A DNA stretch of 64,000 nucleotides from Methanothrix sp. (GCA_963682135.1 OY821645.1:672001-736000); one strand, 5' to 3'; counted from the first letter of the stretch, positions 1-10,305 are shown. Program-made: numbers and translations. Notes: a model not told the origin generated them from the sequence alone.

Positions 1-1384
1 TTGGACTACTTGTGATATAACCACCAAGAAGATTCCAGCCGGAGACGGGGGGGGTGTTGGTGGTGAACGTTGCAGTGCTGCCAGCCCAGCCTGTCCCGGC
101 AGAGTTGGTTGCATAGCACCTGTAGTAATACATTGTTGCAGGGGTCAATGAACTAAGATCCCGATAATACGTTCCCACGCCCTGCACACCCAGATTTTCG
201 TTATGCTGCCATGAACTCGGGTTTGTGCCGGCATCGCTGGTTCCCCAGCATATATGCAACTCAGGATTTGCGTTACCGGTGTTTGTTATCTGTGCACCTA
301 CCGTGGCTATAGTGTTCCCGATACCGCAGGCAAGTACATTATTGACTGTGGGCAAAACGGAGTGTGACTCTATCCATCTGTGATACGCCACATTTAGCAG
401 CGTGACAAACTCTCCGGTTGCCTTAAGGTTTCCGGCCCGGCCAGGGTGATCATCCCCTGTCGGATAAGACAGTACATTGTGAGATGGATTGCCATCGAAG
501 CTGTGCTGAATTGCTCCCTCCCATAGGCGGTGGTGGTTGCCGGTTGTCCAGCCCAGATCGTTCACGCTGGGACTTCCACCGTTAGTTGTCAGGACGTTAT
601 AGAAATCAAATACGAATACGTTGCTATAAGGATAGCCATTAAGCCAGTCATTTATAAGCCATTGATTAAATGCACGGGCGTTGCCGGAATATTCAAGATT
701 GCTAAGTGGTGGCGCAGTTATTACTATGAAAAGCTTCTCCTGGTGACTGCTAAAGTATTCCAAAATGTCTATATAAATGCCTTTGGCATTGGCAACGGTA
801 TGATACTCAGACCCACTGTCCTGTCCGCGCAGAGGATTGCTTGCTATTGGTGGCACAGGATCACTTGGATTTCCAAGAAGCGCAGAGTTGGGGAAACATG
901 ATTTGAACATTACGATCTCGTTCTGGCCACCTGGGTTGATAGGAAGTCTAGAATATTCACAATGCTGGCCGCTCTCAGCATATAACGCATTCATATATTC
1001 GTTGCTGTCAGGCCCTCGAAACCACAGCCACCAATGGCCAACGTCTGTGTGATCTCCAATGCTGTCCGGTCCCCACCCGTAGTTAGTATCACTTAAGAAG
1101 TAGTTATTATCACGTAGCGACAGACCGAGGGCCCCATTGTAGTCATTGAGCCAGTTCTCACCGGTCGAGTGGTGTATAAAGATCAGACGAACAGGCTCTG
1201 TGGGTGGGCTTGGATTTATCTGTACGTCCCTGAAATTCTTGCCGGTCACATCCGAATTTGAGATAGCAGTCGCAAGTGTTCCATTTTCAAGAGCTGCATC
1301 GGCTGCACAATAGCTCTGTGCCGCTAAGATCGAACAGAAGATGAACACATATGATATAAATGATAATGCAGTTCGCATTTTCAT
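1..1384 (-). CDS. Secreted/surface protein, partial (runs off the left edge)
   Basis: Absent from the ORF track, presumably because it runs off the window edge. Manual translation from ATG at 1384 gives MKMRTALSFISYVFIFCSILAAQSYCAADAALENG...PVRLIFIHHSTGENWLND..., a signal peptide followed by a globular domain. I translated only the first ~125 codons. Confidence 0.75.
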   Translation of the reverse strand, partial: MKMRTALSFISYVFIFCSILAAQSYCAADAALENGTLATAISNSDVTGKNFRDVQINPSPPTEPVRLIFIHHSTGENWLNDYNGALGLSLRDNNYFLSDTNYGWGPDSIGDHTDVGHWWLWFRGPDSNEYMNALYAESGQHCEYSRLPINPGGQNEIVMFKSCFPNSALLGNPSDPVPPIASNPLRGQDSGSEYHTVANAKGIYIDILEYFSSHQEKLFIVITAPPLSNLEYSGNARAFNQWLINDWLNGYPYSNVFVFDFYNVLTTNGGSPSVNDLGWTTGNHHRLWEGAIQHSFDGNPSHNVLSYPTGDDHPGRAGNLKATGEFVTLLNVAYHRWIESHSVLPTVNNVLACGIGNTIATVGAQITNTGNANPELHICWGTSDAGTNPSSWQHNENLGVQGVGTYYRDLSSLTPATMYYYRCYATNSAGTGWAGSTATFTTNTPPVSGWNLLGGYITSSP

Positions 1385-1467
1385 TCTTTTAAGGATATAC
1401 ATAATAGAATCATTTACAGTCTAAATATATAAACTTTTCATCATATTGAACCAACTAACGGGTCCTC

Positions 1468-1508
1468 GAAGCAGGAAGCCCCATTCTTTAGGTTGGGGAG
1501 TAAGTTAC
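1468..1508 (+). mobile_element. Orphan IS200/IS605-type (TnpB) right-end-like hairpin
   Basis: GAAGCAGGAAGCCCCATTCTTTAGGTTGGGGAGTAAGTTAC resembles the GAAGCCCC..TTTAG..GGGG..GTT(C)AC right ends of IS605/IS1341 elements. No tnpA/tnpB is adjacent. Confidence 0.45.
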
Positions 1509-1542
1509 ATAATTATGTAACAACAATAGGCGACTAGATAAC

Positions 1543-2019
1543 ATGGATATCATCATGCGTGCGGCGATAGAAGAAGCCCTTAAGGGATTGAAAGAGGGTG
1601 GAGTTCCCATAGGCGCTGTATTGGTCGAGGACGGGAAGATCATAGGAAGAGGACGAAACAAGAGAGTGCAACAGGGAGATCAACTCATGCATGCGGAGAT
1701 TGATTGTTTGCGCAATGCCAGGCTCACGGGCGGCTACCACAATACGATCCTCTATTCCACGCTCATGCCCTGCTACCTTTGTGCCGGGGCGATCGTCCAG
1801 TTCGGGATAAAAAAGGTCGTAGTTGGAGAATCCAATAGCGCACCAGAAGCCAGTGATTTCATGAAATCTCATGGCATAGAGGTGGTAAACTTGGACTTGA
1901 AAGAGTGCAGGGAACTGATGGAGAGATATATAAGCGAGAACCGAACGCTTTGGAATGAGTTCCTATCAGAGCTAAATCCCGATCTTCTAATGCCATCTGG
2001 AGTGAAGTCAAAATCCTAG
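1543..2019 (+). CDS. Cytosine/nucleoside deaminase (zinc-dependent)
   Basis: HAEIDC and PCYLC zinc motifs; PIGAVLV N-terminal motif. Confidence 0.9.
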   Translation: MDIIMRAAIEEALKGLKEGGVPIGAVLVEDGKIIGRGRNKRVQQGDQLMHAEIDCLRNARLTGGYHNTILYSTLMPCYLCAGAIVQFGIKKVVVGESNSAPEASDFMKSHGIEVVNLDLKECRELMERYISENRTLWNEFLSELNPDLLMPSGVKSKS

Positions 2020-2157
2020 TGCATGATATGAAAAAGACCATCGATATTCTGGCCGTGACTATAGCCGTCAGACACATTATCGCCCGAAGGCGGCAGACTT
2101 TTCTCTCCGTCTTGGCTGTAGCCCTGGCTGTGAGCATCTCGGTCATCTTCACCTCAC

Positions 2158-3415
2158 TAGTATTACAGTTCTAAATTAACATATCAATACTCCGCCGTCC
2201 TTGTCAGCAACAATCCCGCCAGCCATTTTATCCATTTTGTACTTCCATTTAAATATTGTTGGAGTTTCATTCATGTCGTCTATATATTGACTCATGCGAT
2301 CTTTCAACTCTTTTTTGGATGATACACGAATCCCTCTCAGCATGCTTCGAGTCATTTTGCTGAATAGGCTCTCGATTATGTTTAGCCATGAGGCATGTTT
2401 TGGTGTAAAGACAAAATGAAAGCGTTGCGGAACTGTTTTGAGATATCTCCTGGTTTCCTTAGATGTGTGTACGCGAACATTATCAAGAATAATAATTATT
2501 TTTATATCTTTCAGATAGGCTGAATCGACGCATTTTAAGAATTCAATGAACTCCCTACTTCTATGCCTGTCGAATATCTTATAATGGACAGTCCCGGTTA
2601 AGAGATCAATCCCTGCAAGTAGGGATATTGTTCCGTGCCTTATATATTCATAGTCGCGAGAAAGCGTGGCATATTCACCTGACTCAGGCATTAAATCGGG
2701 ATATTTATTTTCAATAGCTTGAATTCCTGGCTTCTCATCGTATGAAATGATAACCATGTCGAGCGGCTTATTTTCTTTGGACATCTGTTGAAGCAATTCT
2801 ACCTGCTTGTAGGTATGTAGTACAACCACGCTCTTCGGCTCAAATTCCGGATCGATTGGAGCAAGGTATGATGAAATTTTATGAGGCTTTACGTTGCTAG
2901 CGCCAAGTATTTTTGAGACGGTTCCGCGAGATAACTTTGATAATTCTGGAAACCCATTATTTAAACAATGGTTCCGAATATGTTCTGCTAATAAACTTTG
3001 TGTCCATAATTCATATGAATATCCAAGGTCTAGTGGTTTTGAGCAAGCAAGAGACAGAATCCATGTTCTTGCGCCTGAGGATATTTTTCGTGGTCTGCCA
3101 CTTCTTGGAAGATCTTCCAATGCTGCATATATTCCATAGGCGAAGGCTTTGTCAATCGTACGCTCAATTTTAGGCCGATTGGTTTCTAAGTCTCGTGCAA
3201 TTTGCGAAATTGATTTGCCCTCATAATACTCAAGAAGGATTTTGGAATGATCTACTGCTCTTTCAGGGAGCGTTCTTGACTTGCTAGCTTTATTAAGGCA
3301 CTCAAGCTCTTCTTCAGTTAATTGCAGAGCAGGCCGCTTACTCACAAATGGCATGATCTCTGATTGAGTTCCAAGTATTAATATATTGCTATGTTATTTT
3401 GGAAGCTAAACACTA
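2158..3415 (-). mobile_element. IS630-family insertion sequence
   Basis: Imperfect terminal inverted repeats (TAGTATTACAGTTCTAAATTAACATA versus reverse complement TAGTGTTTAGCTTCCAAAATAACATA). TA is duplicated within a CTAG target, and the host gene reads through once the element is removed. Confidence 0.9.
2176..3354 (-). CDS. IS630 family transposase
   Basis: HTH region DLPRSGRPRKI; DDE motifs YDEK, ILDNVRVH, TPKHASWLNIIE. Confidence 0.95.
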   Translation of the reverse strand: MPFVSKRPALQLTEEELECLNKASKSRTLPERAVDHSKILLEYYEGKSISQIARDLETNRPKIERTIDKAFAYGIYAALEDLPRSGRPRKISSGARTWILSLACSKPLDLGYSYELWTQSLLAEHIRNHCLNNGFPELSKLSRGTVSKILGASNVKPHKISSYLAPIDPEFEPKSVVVLHTYKQVELLQQMSKENKPLDMVIISYDEKPGIQAIENKYPDLMPESGEYATLSRDYEYIRHGTISLLAGIDLLTGTVHYKIFDRHRSREFIEFLKCVDSAYLKDIKIIIILDNVRVHTSKETRRYLKTVPQRFHFVFTPKHASWLNIIESLFSKMTRSMLRGIRVSSKKELKDRMSQYIDDMNETPTIFKWKYKMDKMAGGIVADKDGGVLIC

Positions 3416-3934
3416 GTCACCGGCCAGCAGCAGATCCTCACGGGCCTCGTGGAAGAGAAGCTTCCCCATGTTGTAGTCAAGCCGCAGCCGGGCGAGGACT
3501 TCATTCACCTTTATAAGAGCCTGCTGAATAGGATCAGGACCCTGCCGGGCATAAAATCCAGTGCGCCGTCCCTCTCATCCACAGCCACGTTATCCCGCAA
3601 AGACAAGACAAAAAACGCTCCGCTGAAGGGGTAAGACCCCCAGGAAATGGAAAGGATCTACAAGATAGGCGAAACAATGGTACAGGGTGATTTAGGCAGC
3701 ATTCAGCAGATTGAATATCAGGGATATCTTTCTGGTGGAGAGCGCCATCCTCGGTTTTATGGGTGCTGTAGCAGGGACTGCTCCAGGCCTGGCGGACGTG
3801 CTGCTTCTTGGAAATGCTCCCTTTGAGATCGCAGCCGGAGGCAGTGAGATTACCACTCTGCCCCTCATCATAAACCCCTGAGAGATCTTCTTGCTCGTCT
3901 TTTGGGCGGTAGCTTTGAGCATAGTGGCGGCCGT

Positions 3935-4144
3935 CTATCCGGCAAGAAAAGCATCCCGGCTCGATCCGGTCATGGCCTTGCGAGACGGTTGAAGGCGGAG
4001 GATATGTTCGAGGATCTTTTCCAGGCAATCCAGGTTTTTGGCGACAGTCTTGATAAGCCTCTCCTCCGAATAAGATGCGAGACAAAAGGTATGGCTGGGC
4101 GTGCAGACCAAATCCAGAGCGATGGTAGGATAGCCAATCATCAT
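3935..4144 (-). CDS. Small hypothetical protein (doubtful)
   Basis: The ATGA overlap with the upstream gene suggests translational coupling; no recognisable motif. Confidence 0.25.
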   Translation of the reverse strand: MMIGYPTIALDLVCTPSHTFCLASYSEERLIKTVAKNLDCLEKILEHILRLQPSRKAMTGSSRDAFLAG

Positions 4145-5160
4145 GATCTTTGAATCCCTCTGGCGGACTCTCTTCCTTCAAAAAGCTCCGAGCCAGACCA
4201 TTCGCATTGAGTGTCCCGGCACAGCTCAATCAGCTCCTCAGGAAAAGGCGCAAAGATGGTCTGATTCCTCAAGTACTCTGCCCCAAAACGAGCTATCCAG
4301 CTCTGCAATACAGCCAGGAGGGCGCTGAAAGGAAGCCTTTTTTCCTTAAATCGCTCTATGTTCCTGAGAAAATTGGCTTTCTCGTCAATAGACAGCTCCT
4401 CGGAGAAGTATCCCAGAGAATGATTGAGCATATTTGCCTTCGAGGTATATCGGGGAGGGCTCTTGAGGGCTTCTGCCAGATGCATTCGATACAGTTTGGC
4501 TTGATCTGCAAAATCTAGGCTCTCGCGATTGGACACTATATTTCCCAAGATCTTGGCCTCCTTCTGGCTATGAGCGGCAAGAAGCAGCTTATTTTCGGTA
4601 TGGAATTGGATTAGATCAGAGACCGACCTGCGGTTCTGCATTTCTCTGAAGCTTGACAGAGCATAAAGCTTGGTCAGGAAGTGCTCTCTGATGTTGAAAT
4701 TTCGGAGCCGCCCTTCATCCTCGATGGCCAGATCGGGAAAGGACTTGACCACGGCTCCTCCAAAGAAGCCCGCGGTCTTGGATACGGCTGTTGACTTTGC
4801 AGAGCCTGAATAGACCTTGATATCCTTCATGCCGCAGGAAGGAGAGCGATACTTGAGGATGAATCCGTCCACCTCCTGCAAAGAAGCCAGGAAGCTGCTT
4901 GAAAAGTCCCCCATTTTGTCCGTTACATCCAGGCCGGTGGCCGGCTGGACCAGCCTATGTTCTCCCTTAATCGATACGATCCTTATGGAGTCTCTGGGCA
5001 CTCCGAGGCCTATCTCCATCTCCGCGCAGACCGGGATGAAGTCAACATGAGGCTCTAACGCCTTGACAAAATCGCTGGGAATCATGCTGCCGTCATATCG
5101 GCATTTAGCAACTTCGATGCACTTGCTCAACACCACCTTAGGCCTGGCGAATGATCTCAT
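4141..5160 (-). CDS. DUF523 + DUF1722 (YbgA-like, 2-thiouracil desulfurase-like) protein
   Basis: [37 protein letters not shown] motifs; C-terminal YLRNQT. Confidence 0.9.
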   Translation of the reverse strand: MRSFARPKVVLSKCIEVAKCRYDGSMIPSDFVKALEPHVDFIPVCAEMEIGLGVPRDSIRIVSIKGEHRLVQPATGLDVTDKMGDFSSSFLASLQEVDGFILKYRSPSCGMKDIKVYSGSAKSTAVSKTAGFFGGAVVKSFPDLAIEDEGRLRNFNIREHFLTKLYALSSFREMQNRRSVSDLIQFHTENKLLLAAHSQKEAKILGNIVSNRESLDFADQAKLYRMHLAEALKSPPRYTSKANMLNHSLGYFSEELSIDEKANFLRNIERFKEKRLPFSALLAVLQSWIARFGAEYLRNQTIFAPFPEELIELCRDTQCEWSGSELFEGRESARGIQRS

Positions 5161-5357
5161 AAGGATATACTGTGGAGCCGCTCTCTATAATAATTGTCGC
5201 TGATTCGCAAGGGGCATTTCTCAAAATCATGAAAGGAGTCGCTGCAGCATCAAGCTGCATTGTATTCATCGCAACCATGATCTGAATTCATGAACCGAAA
5301 TTTCCTGGACCATAAAAGATAAGTTAAATAGGCAAAAAGAGGATAGGTTGTTTAAGA

Positions 5358-6401
5358 TTGGTGTTGAGGAGATGGTCTAAAGTGAGCGATAAATTAGCAG
5401 CATGGAATATACGAGAATCTGACTTCCCGATAGCTGGACCCATGTCAGATCAGCTCAAGTTCTTGCTCAATTATGCGGTTCTGGCTCCTTCCGGGCCCAA
5501 TACCCAGCCCTGGAAGTTCTCGATCAAAGATAATGAGATATCCTTGATAGCTGACTTCAGCCGGGCTTTGCCTTCCTTGGATCCTTCGGACAGGACTCTT
5601 TACATAAGTCATGGCTGCGTTCTCACAAATCTTCTCCTGGCAGCCGAACACTTTGGCTTTGCATATGATGTGTTATGCCTGCCCGATGGCACCTCCGGGG
5701 AGAGAACCGCAACCGTGCGATTATCCAAGAAGGCATCAAGCCCGAGGTTTCCGGACCTGTTCGGGGAGATTATCAGACGTCATACAAACCGAAAGAGCTT
5801 TGAGAAGAGGGCCATAGAGGGCGAGAAGCTTCAAAAATTAAAGGATTGCGTCAACAGAGATGGCTTTCGGCTGGATATCCTGACCAGTGATGAAGACAAG
5901 GCCAGGATGGCAGAGCTCCTGGCCAGGTCCCAGAAGATGCAGCTGGGAAATAAGGCATTCCGAAAAGAGCTGGCGTACTGGATTAGGCCGAACAACGCTG
6001 ATGAGAAGGATGGGCTGCCGGGCTACTCCTTTGGCTATTCGGATTTCGAGTCTTTCTTCGGCTCATTCATCTTCGGCGCTTTTGACATGTCTTCCTCCCG
6101 TGCAAGGGTAGAGACCGCCAATATGAACGCCTCGCCTGCTGTGGCGGTGCTATCCACAGAGAGCGATGACAAATTGACCTGGATCAAGACAGGGATTATC
6201 TTCGAGACGTTATTCCTGTTGGCTACCCAGATGGATGTCAGGTTTGACCTCTTCAGCCAGCCCACAGCACTCCCTGAGCTGAGAATGGAGATGGCGCATA
6301 TATTGAATGCGAAGTATCCTCAGATACTCATTCGCATGGGATACGCCGAGCCTGCCAAACACACTCCCCGAAGGCCCGCAAAAGAGGTGCTGATCTCTTG
6401 A
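5358..6401 (+). CDS. Acg-family FMN-binding nitroreductase
   Basis: LAPSGPNTQPWKF, RRHTNRKSF, RMGYAEPAKHTPRRP. The true start may be slightly downstream (GTG near 5382). Confidence 0.85.
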   Translation: MVLRRWSKVSDKLAAWNIRESDFPIAGPMSDQLKFLLNYAVLAPSGPNTQPWKFSIKDNEISLIADFSRALPSLDPSDRTLYISHGCVLTNLLLAAEHFGFAYDVLCLPDGTSGERTATVRLSKKASSPRFPDLFGEIIRRHTNRKSFEKRAIEGEKLQKLKDCVNRDGFRLDILTSDEDKARMAELLARSQKMQLGNKAFRKELAYWIRPNNADEKDGLPGYSFGYSDFESFFGSFIFGAFDMSSSRARVETANMNASPAVAVLSTESDDKLTWIKTGIIFETLFLLATQMDVRFDLFSQPTALPELRMEMAHILNAKYPQILIRMGYAEPAKHTPRRPAKEVLIS

Positions 6402-6623
6402 AGACACGGATTTAGGAAGTGCCGGAGCTGGCTCCCAGAGTCCGCTAAATTCCAGCCCTGGAAAACTGAAGAAAGACGACTGCGCCGTCATGAGATCGAT
6501 CAACACCCTGAAGCTTTGCATCTCCTGTGAAAGTACCGGCCCCAGCTTGAGCTTGCCGGCCACCTGATGCAAGCGAAGGCCTAAATATTGATCTCAATAG
6601 CAAAAAATTACTAAAAATATACA

Positions 6624-6635
6624 CTGAGGGTGAGA
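6624..6635 (-). repeat. Direct repeat of the tRNA-Ser 3' end (att-like)
   Basis: CTGAGGGTGAGA is identical to 10190-10201, and both copies are preceded on the + strand by AAAATAT. Confidence 0.5.
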
Positions 6636-6717
6636 CTTCAGCCTATTTTTACCGGTAAAAATGCTCGATTTTTCCACAAATTGAAACCATTTTATGCAGA
6701 GCGAAGTGCACGATTCG

Positions 6718-7095
6718 TCACTTTCTTTTTCTAAATAATTTTAGGAAGGCTGCATACTCTTCTGGCGTGATCCCCGCGTTTTCTAGAGATTCGATTGTGC
6801 GAGAATCGGTCAACAGGACATCAATGATTTTAGGGGTCTCTGCATAAGCTTTATCATGGTGATCAAAATTAATCAATAAAATTGTATCTTTAATTATTAC
6901 ATATATAATAACAAAGGGATCAAGATGCTCGCTCCACAATCCTTTGAGTACATAGCGCTTAGGTTCTCCAATATCCGGATTGATGCTGATCTCCTGGAGC
7001 TTCCGGATAATCCTTTCTTTTAATAATCCATCTTTTTTGGTTAGCTTTTTAAATTTTTTATCAAAATAGTATGTCGCTAAGGTCTGGTAGGCCAT
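6718..7095 (-). CDS. RelE/ParE-superfamily toxin with C-terminal extension
   Basis: FDKKFKKL, NPDIGEPKRYVLKGLWSEH, VIIY, FDHHDKAY pattern; lies directly downstream of a small acidic gene. Confidence 0.7.
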   Translation of the reverse strand: MAYQTLATYYFDKKFKKLTKKDGLLKERIIRKLQEISINPDIGEPKRYVLKGLWSEHLDPFVIIYVIIKDTILLINFDHHDKAYAETPKIIDVLLTDSRTIESLENAGITPEEYAAFLKLFRKRK

Positions 7096-7101
7096 AACGA
7101 T

Positions 7102-7287
7102 CTACAGGTTGCGGAAATGCTCTGCCAACTCTTCAGGAGTCTTGAGGCGCGTGAATCGGCCTTCTTTAAAGTCATGGAGCCCTTTGATTATGCCTTCTGC
7201 AAAGCTATCCTCTTTTGTTTCTGTGTGGTGGGCCTCTTTGGCATCCTCTATGACAGCTTCGCTGGTTGCTCCGGCCATGATAGGCAC
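7102..7287 (-). CDS. Putative antitoxin
   Basis: 61 aa, acidic, with IIKGLHDFKEGR; upstream of the RelE-like gene. Confidence 0.6.
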   Translation of the reverse strand: MPIMAGATSEAVIEDAKEAHHTETKEDSFAEGIIKGLHDFKEGRFTRLKTPEELAEHFRNL

Positions 7288-7461
7288 TTCTCGCTGCTGA
7301 GGTATAAGGATTGCGAAAGGCGGCTTGAAAAAGCTATTTCAAAGACAGAAAATCTATTCCGGATTGATCTTGGCGACATCATCAAGCATTGCCCATGACA
7401 TCGATCCAGCGAACCGTTATCACCTTTCTGTGAGATACTGCTCCATATCAGCCGGAATTAG

Positions 7462-9053
7462 GTGCGAGCAAAAAGCATGATACCTGAACTCTTGCGCGAA
7501 ATTGTAGCCAAAGGCGAAAGCCAGAATGTGGAGTTCAAGGGCGAGGAGAGGGCAGTCCTGTCAGATTCGGCGCTGGTCGAAGCAGTCATCTGCCTTGCCA
7601 ACCGATCCGGAGTGGAGCCGGGATGGCTACTGGTCGGCGTGGAAGACGATGGCCGCATTACCGGTTCCAGGCCGCGCCACTCTGGAGAAAAGACCGATAC
7701 ATACCGTGTTTCAGCTCTCATCGCAAATCGCACCCGTCCCTCTCTGGCCTACGGGTAGAGATCGTCGAGATGGATGGTCTGACGGTTCTTGTTGTCGAGG
7801 TCCCCACATCCCGAACGCCGGTGAGCACTCCGGAAGGCAAGTATCAGCGCCGGGCGATAGGAGGCAAGGGAAACCCAAGTAGCATGCCCTACATCCTCCC
7901 TGAGATGCTCGCCCGCCAGGCAGACCGGGGAATACAGGATTACTCCGCTCTGGTGGTGCCCGATGCTTGCTGGGAGAGGATCTGGACCCTCTGGAGTTCG
8001 AGCGGTTTTAGGAGAATGATACGCGAGAGCCGGGGAAGAAGCAATGCCGCCCTGGCCGATCTCCCCGACCAGGAGATAGCCAAGGCCCTTGGCGCAGTAG
8101 AGGCGAATCACGAGGTCTCTGCGGCTAGGGTTCTAGGACTTTTGCTCTTCGGAAGAGAGGACGCAATCCATCGCTACCTTCCCACTCATGAAGTGGCTTT
8201 CCAGGTTCTTTCCGATACAAGGGTTGTAGTCAATGAGTTATTCAAGTGGCCGCTCCTGAGAATAATGGAGGAGCTATTGTCCCGGCTCCAGGCCAGGAAT
8301 CAAGAAGAAGAGCTGATGGTGAACATCTTTCGCATTGGAATTCCTGATTACTCAGAGCCAGGCTTTTCGTGAGGGGATGGCCAATGCCCTGATTCACCGC
8401 GATTACTCCCGGCTGGGGGCTGTGCATGTGCAGTGGCACGAGGACTGGATTGAGATCTCCAATCCGGGCGGCTTTCCGGAAGGCGTCAGGCTGGATAACT
8501 TGCTGGTCACACCACCCAGGCCACGCAATCCCTCTCTTGCGGATGCCTTCAAGAGAGCCGGAATCGTGGAGCGCACTGCCAGAGGCATAGAGGGAAAGCA
8601 AACCGGGATTTCGTGCGGCTGGTAGTGGAAGAGAACCAGGCAGGCCGGCCCTTCCGGCTGGATGATTTGCTCTTGCTTAACCAGTTGTGGCTGGAGCGCC
8701 ACTTGGCGGTTTCGGAAGCTGCTTTAGTCATTCAAAAGCCTATTGCAGAGGCGAGATCAATCCTTGAGCGACTGACAGAAAGCGGAATTGTAGATGCCCG
8801 CGGAGAAGGCAAGAATCGCTCGTACCAGTTCTCTGCTCACACCTACAAGAGATTGGGTCAGGAAGCTGCATATGTGCGACAGCGAGGCTTTGAACCGGTT
8901 CAAGCAGAGCATATGGCTCTCCAGTATGTGAAGGCTTATGGGAAGATCACACGCAAGCAGGCAGCAGAGCTATGCAAGATCTCCTCAACACAGGCACGTG
9001 ATCTTCTGAGTCGGCTGGTGAAAAAAAGGAGTTCTGGAAATGCATGGCAGTAA
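7462..9053 (+). pseudogene. AlbA_2 (Schlafen-like) + HATPase_c_4 + wHTH protein, frameshifted
   Basis: GESQNVEFK, LANRSG..LLVGVEDDG, REGMANALIHRDYS, ISNPGGF, PRNP and ITRKQAAELC are spread over four frames (7462-7758, 7623-8372, 8335-8625, 8613-9053). Confidence 0.85.
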
Positions 9054-9167
9054 GAAAGATGCCAATTATGCGGATGCGTCCAAAAATATGGATGGGTTCA
9101 AATAGGATTTGGATGCATTCAAAAAAGAACTATATAATTCGTTAAAACGGGACTTTTTCAACTCTGT

Positions 9168-10091
9168 CTAAAGCAACTCGATGTGAGGTCTTAATGCGGC
9201 TTCCAAGCGCATCATTTCCGCTACCATAGCATTTTGTATCTCGTTCCATTTCTCTTTGTCCTCGCGGTAGCCTCCTATTTCTAAAGTTTTCATTATCCGA
9301 CATGCTTTTTTGTCATCTAAGCGATGCCATTCAAGTTCGGAGCCAAAATCTACTTCTATTTTGGCTTTATTTTCGCTAATATGATCATATATATTTTTGT
9401 TTTTCCTTTTATTTCCGCCATCTATATACAGCTCGACTTTTGCAGCATGCATAAGAATATCGTACTGGTAATATAAGCCAGCTTTACCAGCACTCACGCT
9501 TACGTAACTGCCTGAGTATGGCGAAATCTTTGCATGCAAATCTGTTTTAGTCGATGCATATTTGAGAAAGGAATCCCAAAATTCGTAGCGAATCTTGTCT
9601 CGCTCAGGGGTATTGGGCTTTTCAATTTCCTGATTCTTTCCTACAATCAGAGTCAATAGAGGTGCATGGTTTGATTCATCAATTTTAATTGCTTCCAATT
9701 TAAATAAATAAAAATAAGCATTTGTAGATTCGTTAAGCCAATTAATTGCTTTTATATGTTCAGGCCTTGGATATGAATTGATCCAAATTGCATTTTTGGC
9801 GCCAAAGGATGTCAGGTACGTGATCAACTTCCCAAGATGATCGTGATCACTCTGTTCGAGCTGATTTTCGATAACAACTATATCTCCTGAATCTGCCTTT
9901 GCAACCATATCTACAGAAAAATCGCCTGCATCCTGTTCAATTTTTGCCTCTGACAAATAAATGTCGATTTCTTCATGCTCCAAAACTTCATTGAGAACAT
10001 CGATGTGATCTTTAAGCCACGGCGTAAAATTCTGTGCTTCATCATCCCAGACTTCGCGAAGTGGAACTCGCTCCAGCTTTCCTATCCTCAA
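9168..10091 (-). CDS. DUF4268 domain protein with N-terminal PD-(D/E)xK-like nuclease domain
   Basis: LREVWDDEAQNFTPWL, VD..IENQLEQSDHDHLGKLITY; C-terminal LEWHRLDDKKACRI. Confidence 0.8.
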   Translation of the reverse strand: MRIGKLERVPLREVWDDEAQNFTPWLKDHIDVLNEVLEHEEIDIYLSEAKIEQDAGDFSVDMVAKADSGDIVVIENQLEQSDHDHLGKLITYLTSFGAKNAIWINSYPRPEHIKAINWLNESTNAYFYLFKLEAIKIDESNHAPLLTLIVGKNQEIEKPNTPERDKIRYEFWDSFLKYASTKTDLHAKISPYSGSYVSVSAGKAGLYYQYDILMHAAKVELYIDGGNKRKNKNIYDHISENKAKIEVDFGSELEWHRLDDKKACRIMKTLEIGGYREDKEKWNEIQNAMVAEMMRLEAALRPHIELL

Positions 10092-10187
10092 TGCAATTCA
10101 CCTTCTACAAAATCCACTTAACAAAGTGCTTATGCGCCCTAATTATAAGCATTTCGACTTGATTCCCGAAATTTGATAAAAATATCA

Positions 10188-10305
10188 CGCTGAGGGTGAG
10201 ATTTGAACTCACGAGATGCGTCGCATCACTGGTTTGCTCGTCCCGCCCTCCGGATGGAGAGCAGTACCTCAAGACCAGCGCCGTAGGCCGCTTGGCTACC
10301 TCAGC
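10188..10305 (-). tRNA. tRNA-Ser(TGA) with 33-nt intron at position 37/38
   Basis: Acceptor stem GCTGAGG/CCTCAGC; D arm AGCCAAGCGG; anticodon stem CTGGT/ACCAG with TGA at 10271-10269; intron 10235-10267; long variable arm GATGC-GAC-GCATC; T loop GTTCAAATC; G discriminator. Confidence 0.9.

Larger units (their letters stand above)
2028..3992 (+). pseudogene. ABC transporter permease (LolE/FtsX-MacB type), IS-interrupted and decayed
   Basis: The 5' part MKKTIDILAVTIAVRHIIARRRQTFLSVLAVALAVSISVIFTSL is cut by the IS at CTAG and resumes VTGQQQILTGLVEEKLPHVVV. The C-terminus [21 protein letters not shown] ends at 3992. It also has frameshifts, an internal TGA and is too short for an intact permease. 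Confidence 0.8.

Noticed and set aside
530-1052. Plus-strand ORFs 530-901 and 837-1052
   Set aside because: Antisense to the secreted-protein gene on the minus strand
3870-3890. In-frame TGA in the permease as selenocysteine recoding
   Set aside because: The gene is already broken by an IS and frameshifts; a nonsense mutation is the simpler explanation
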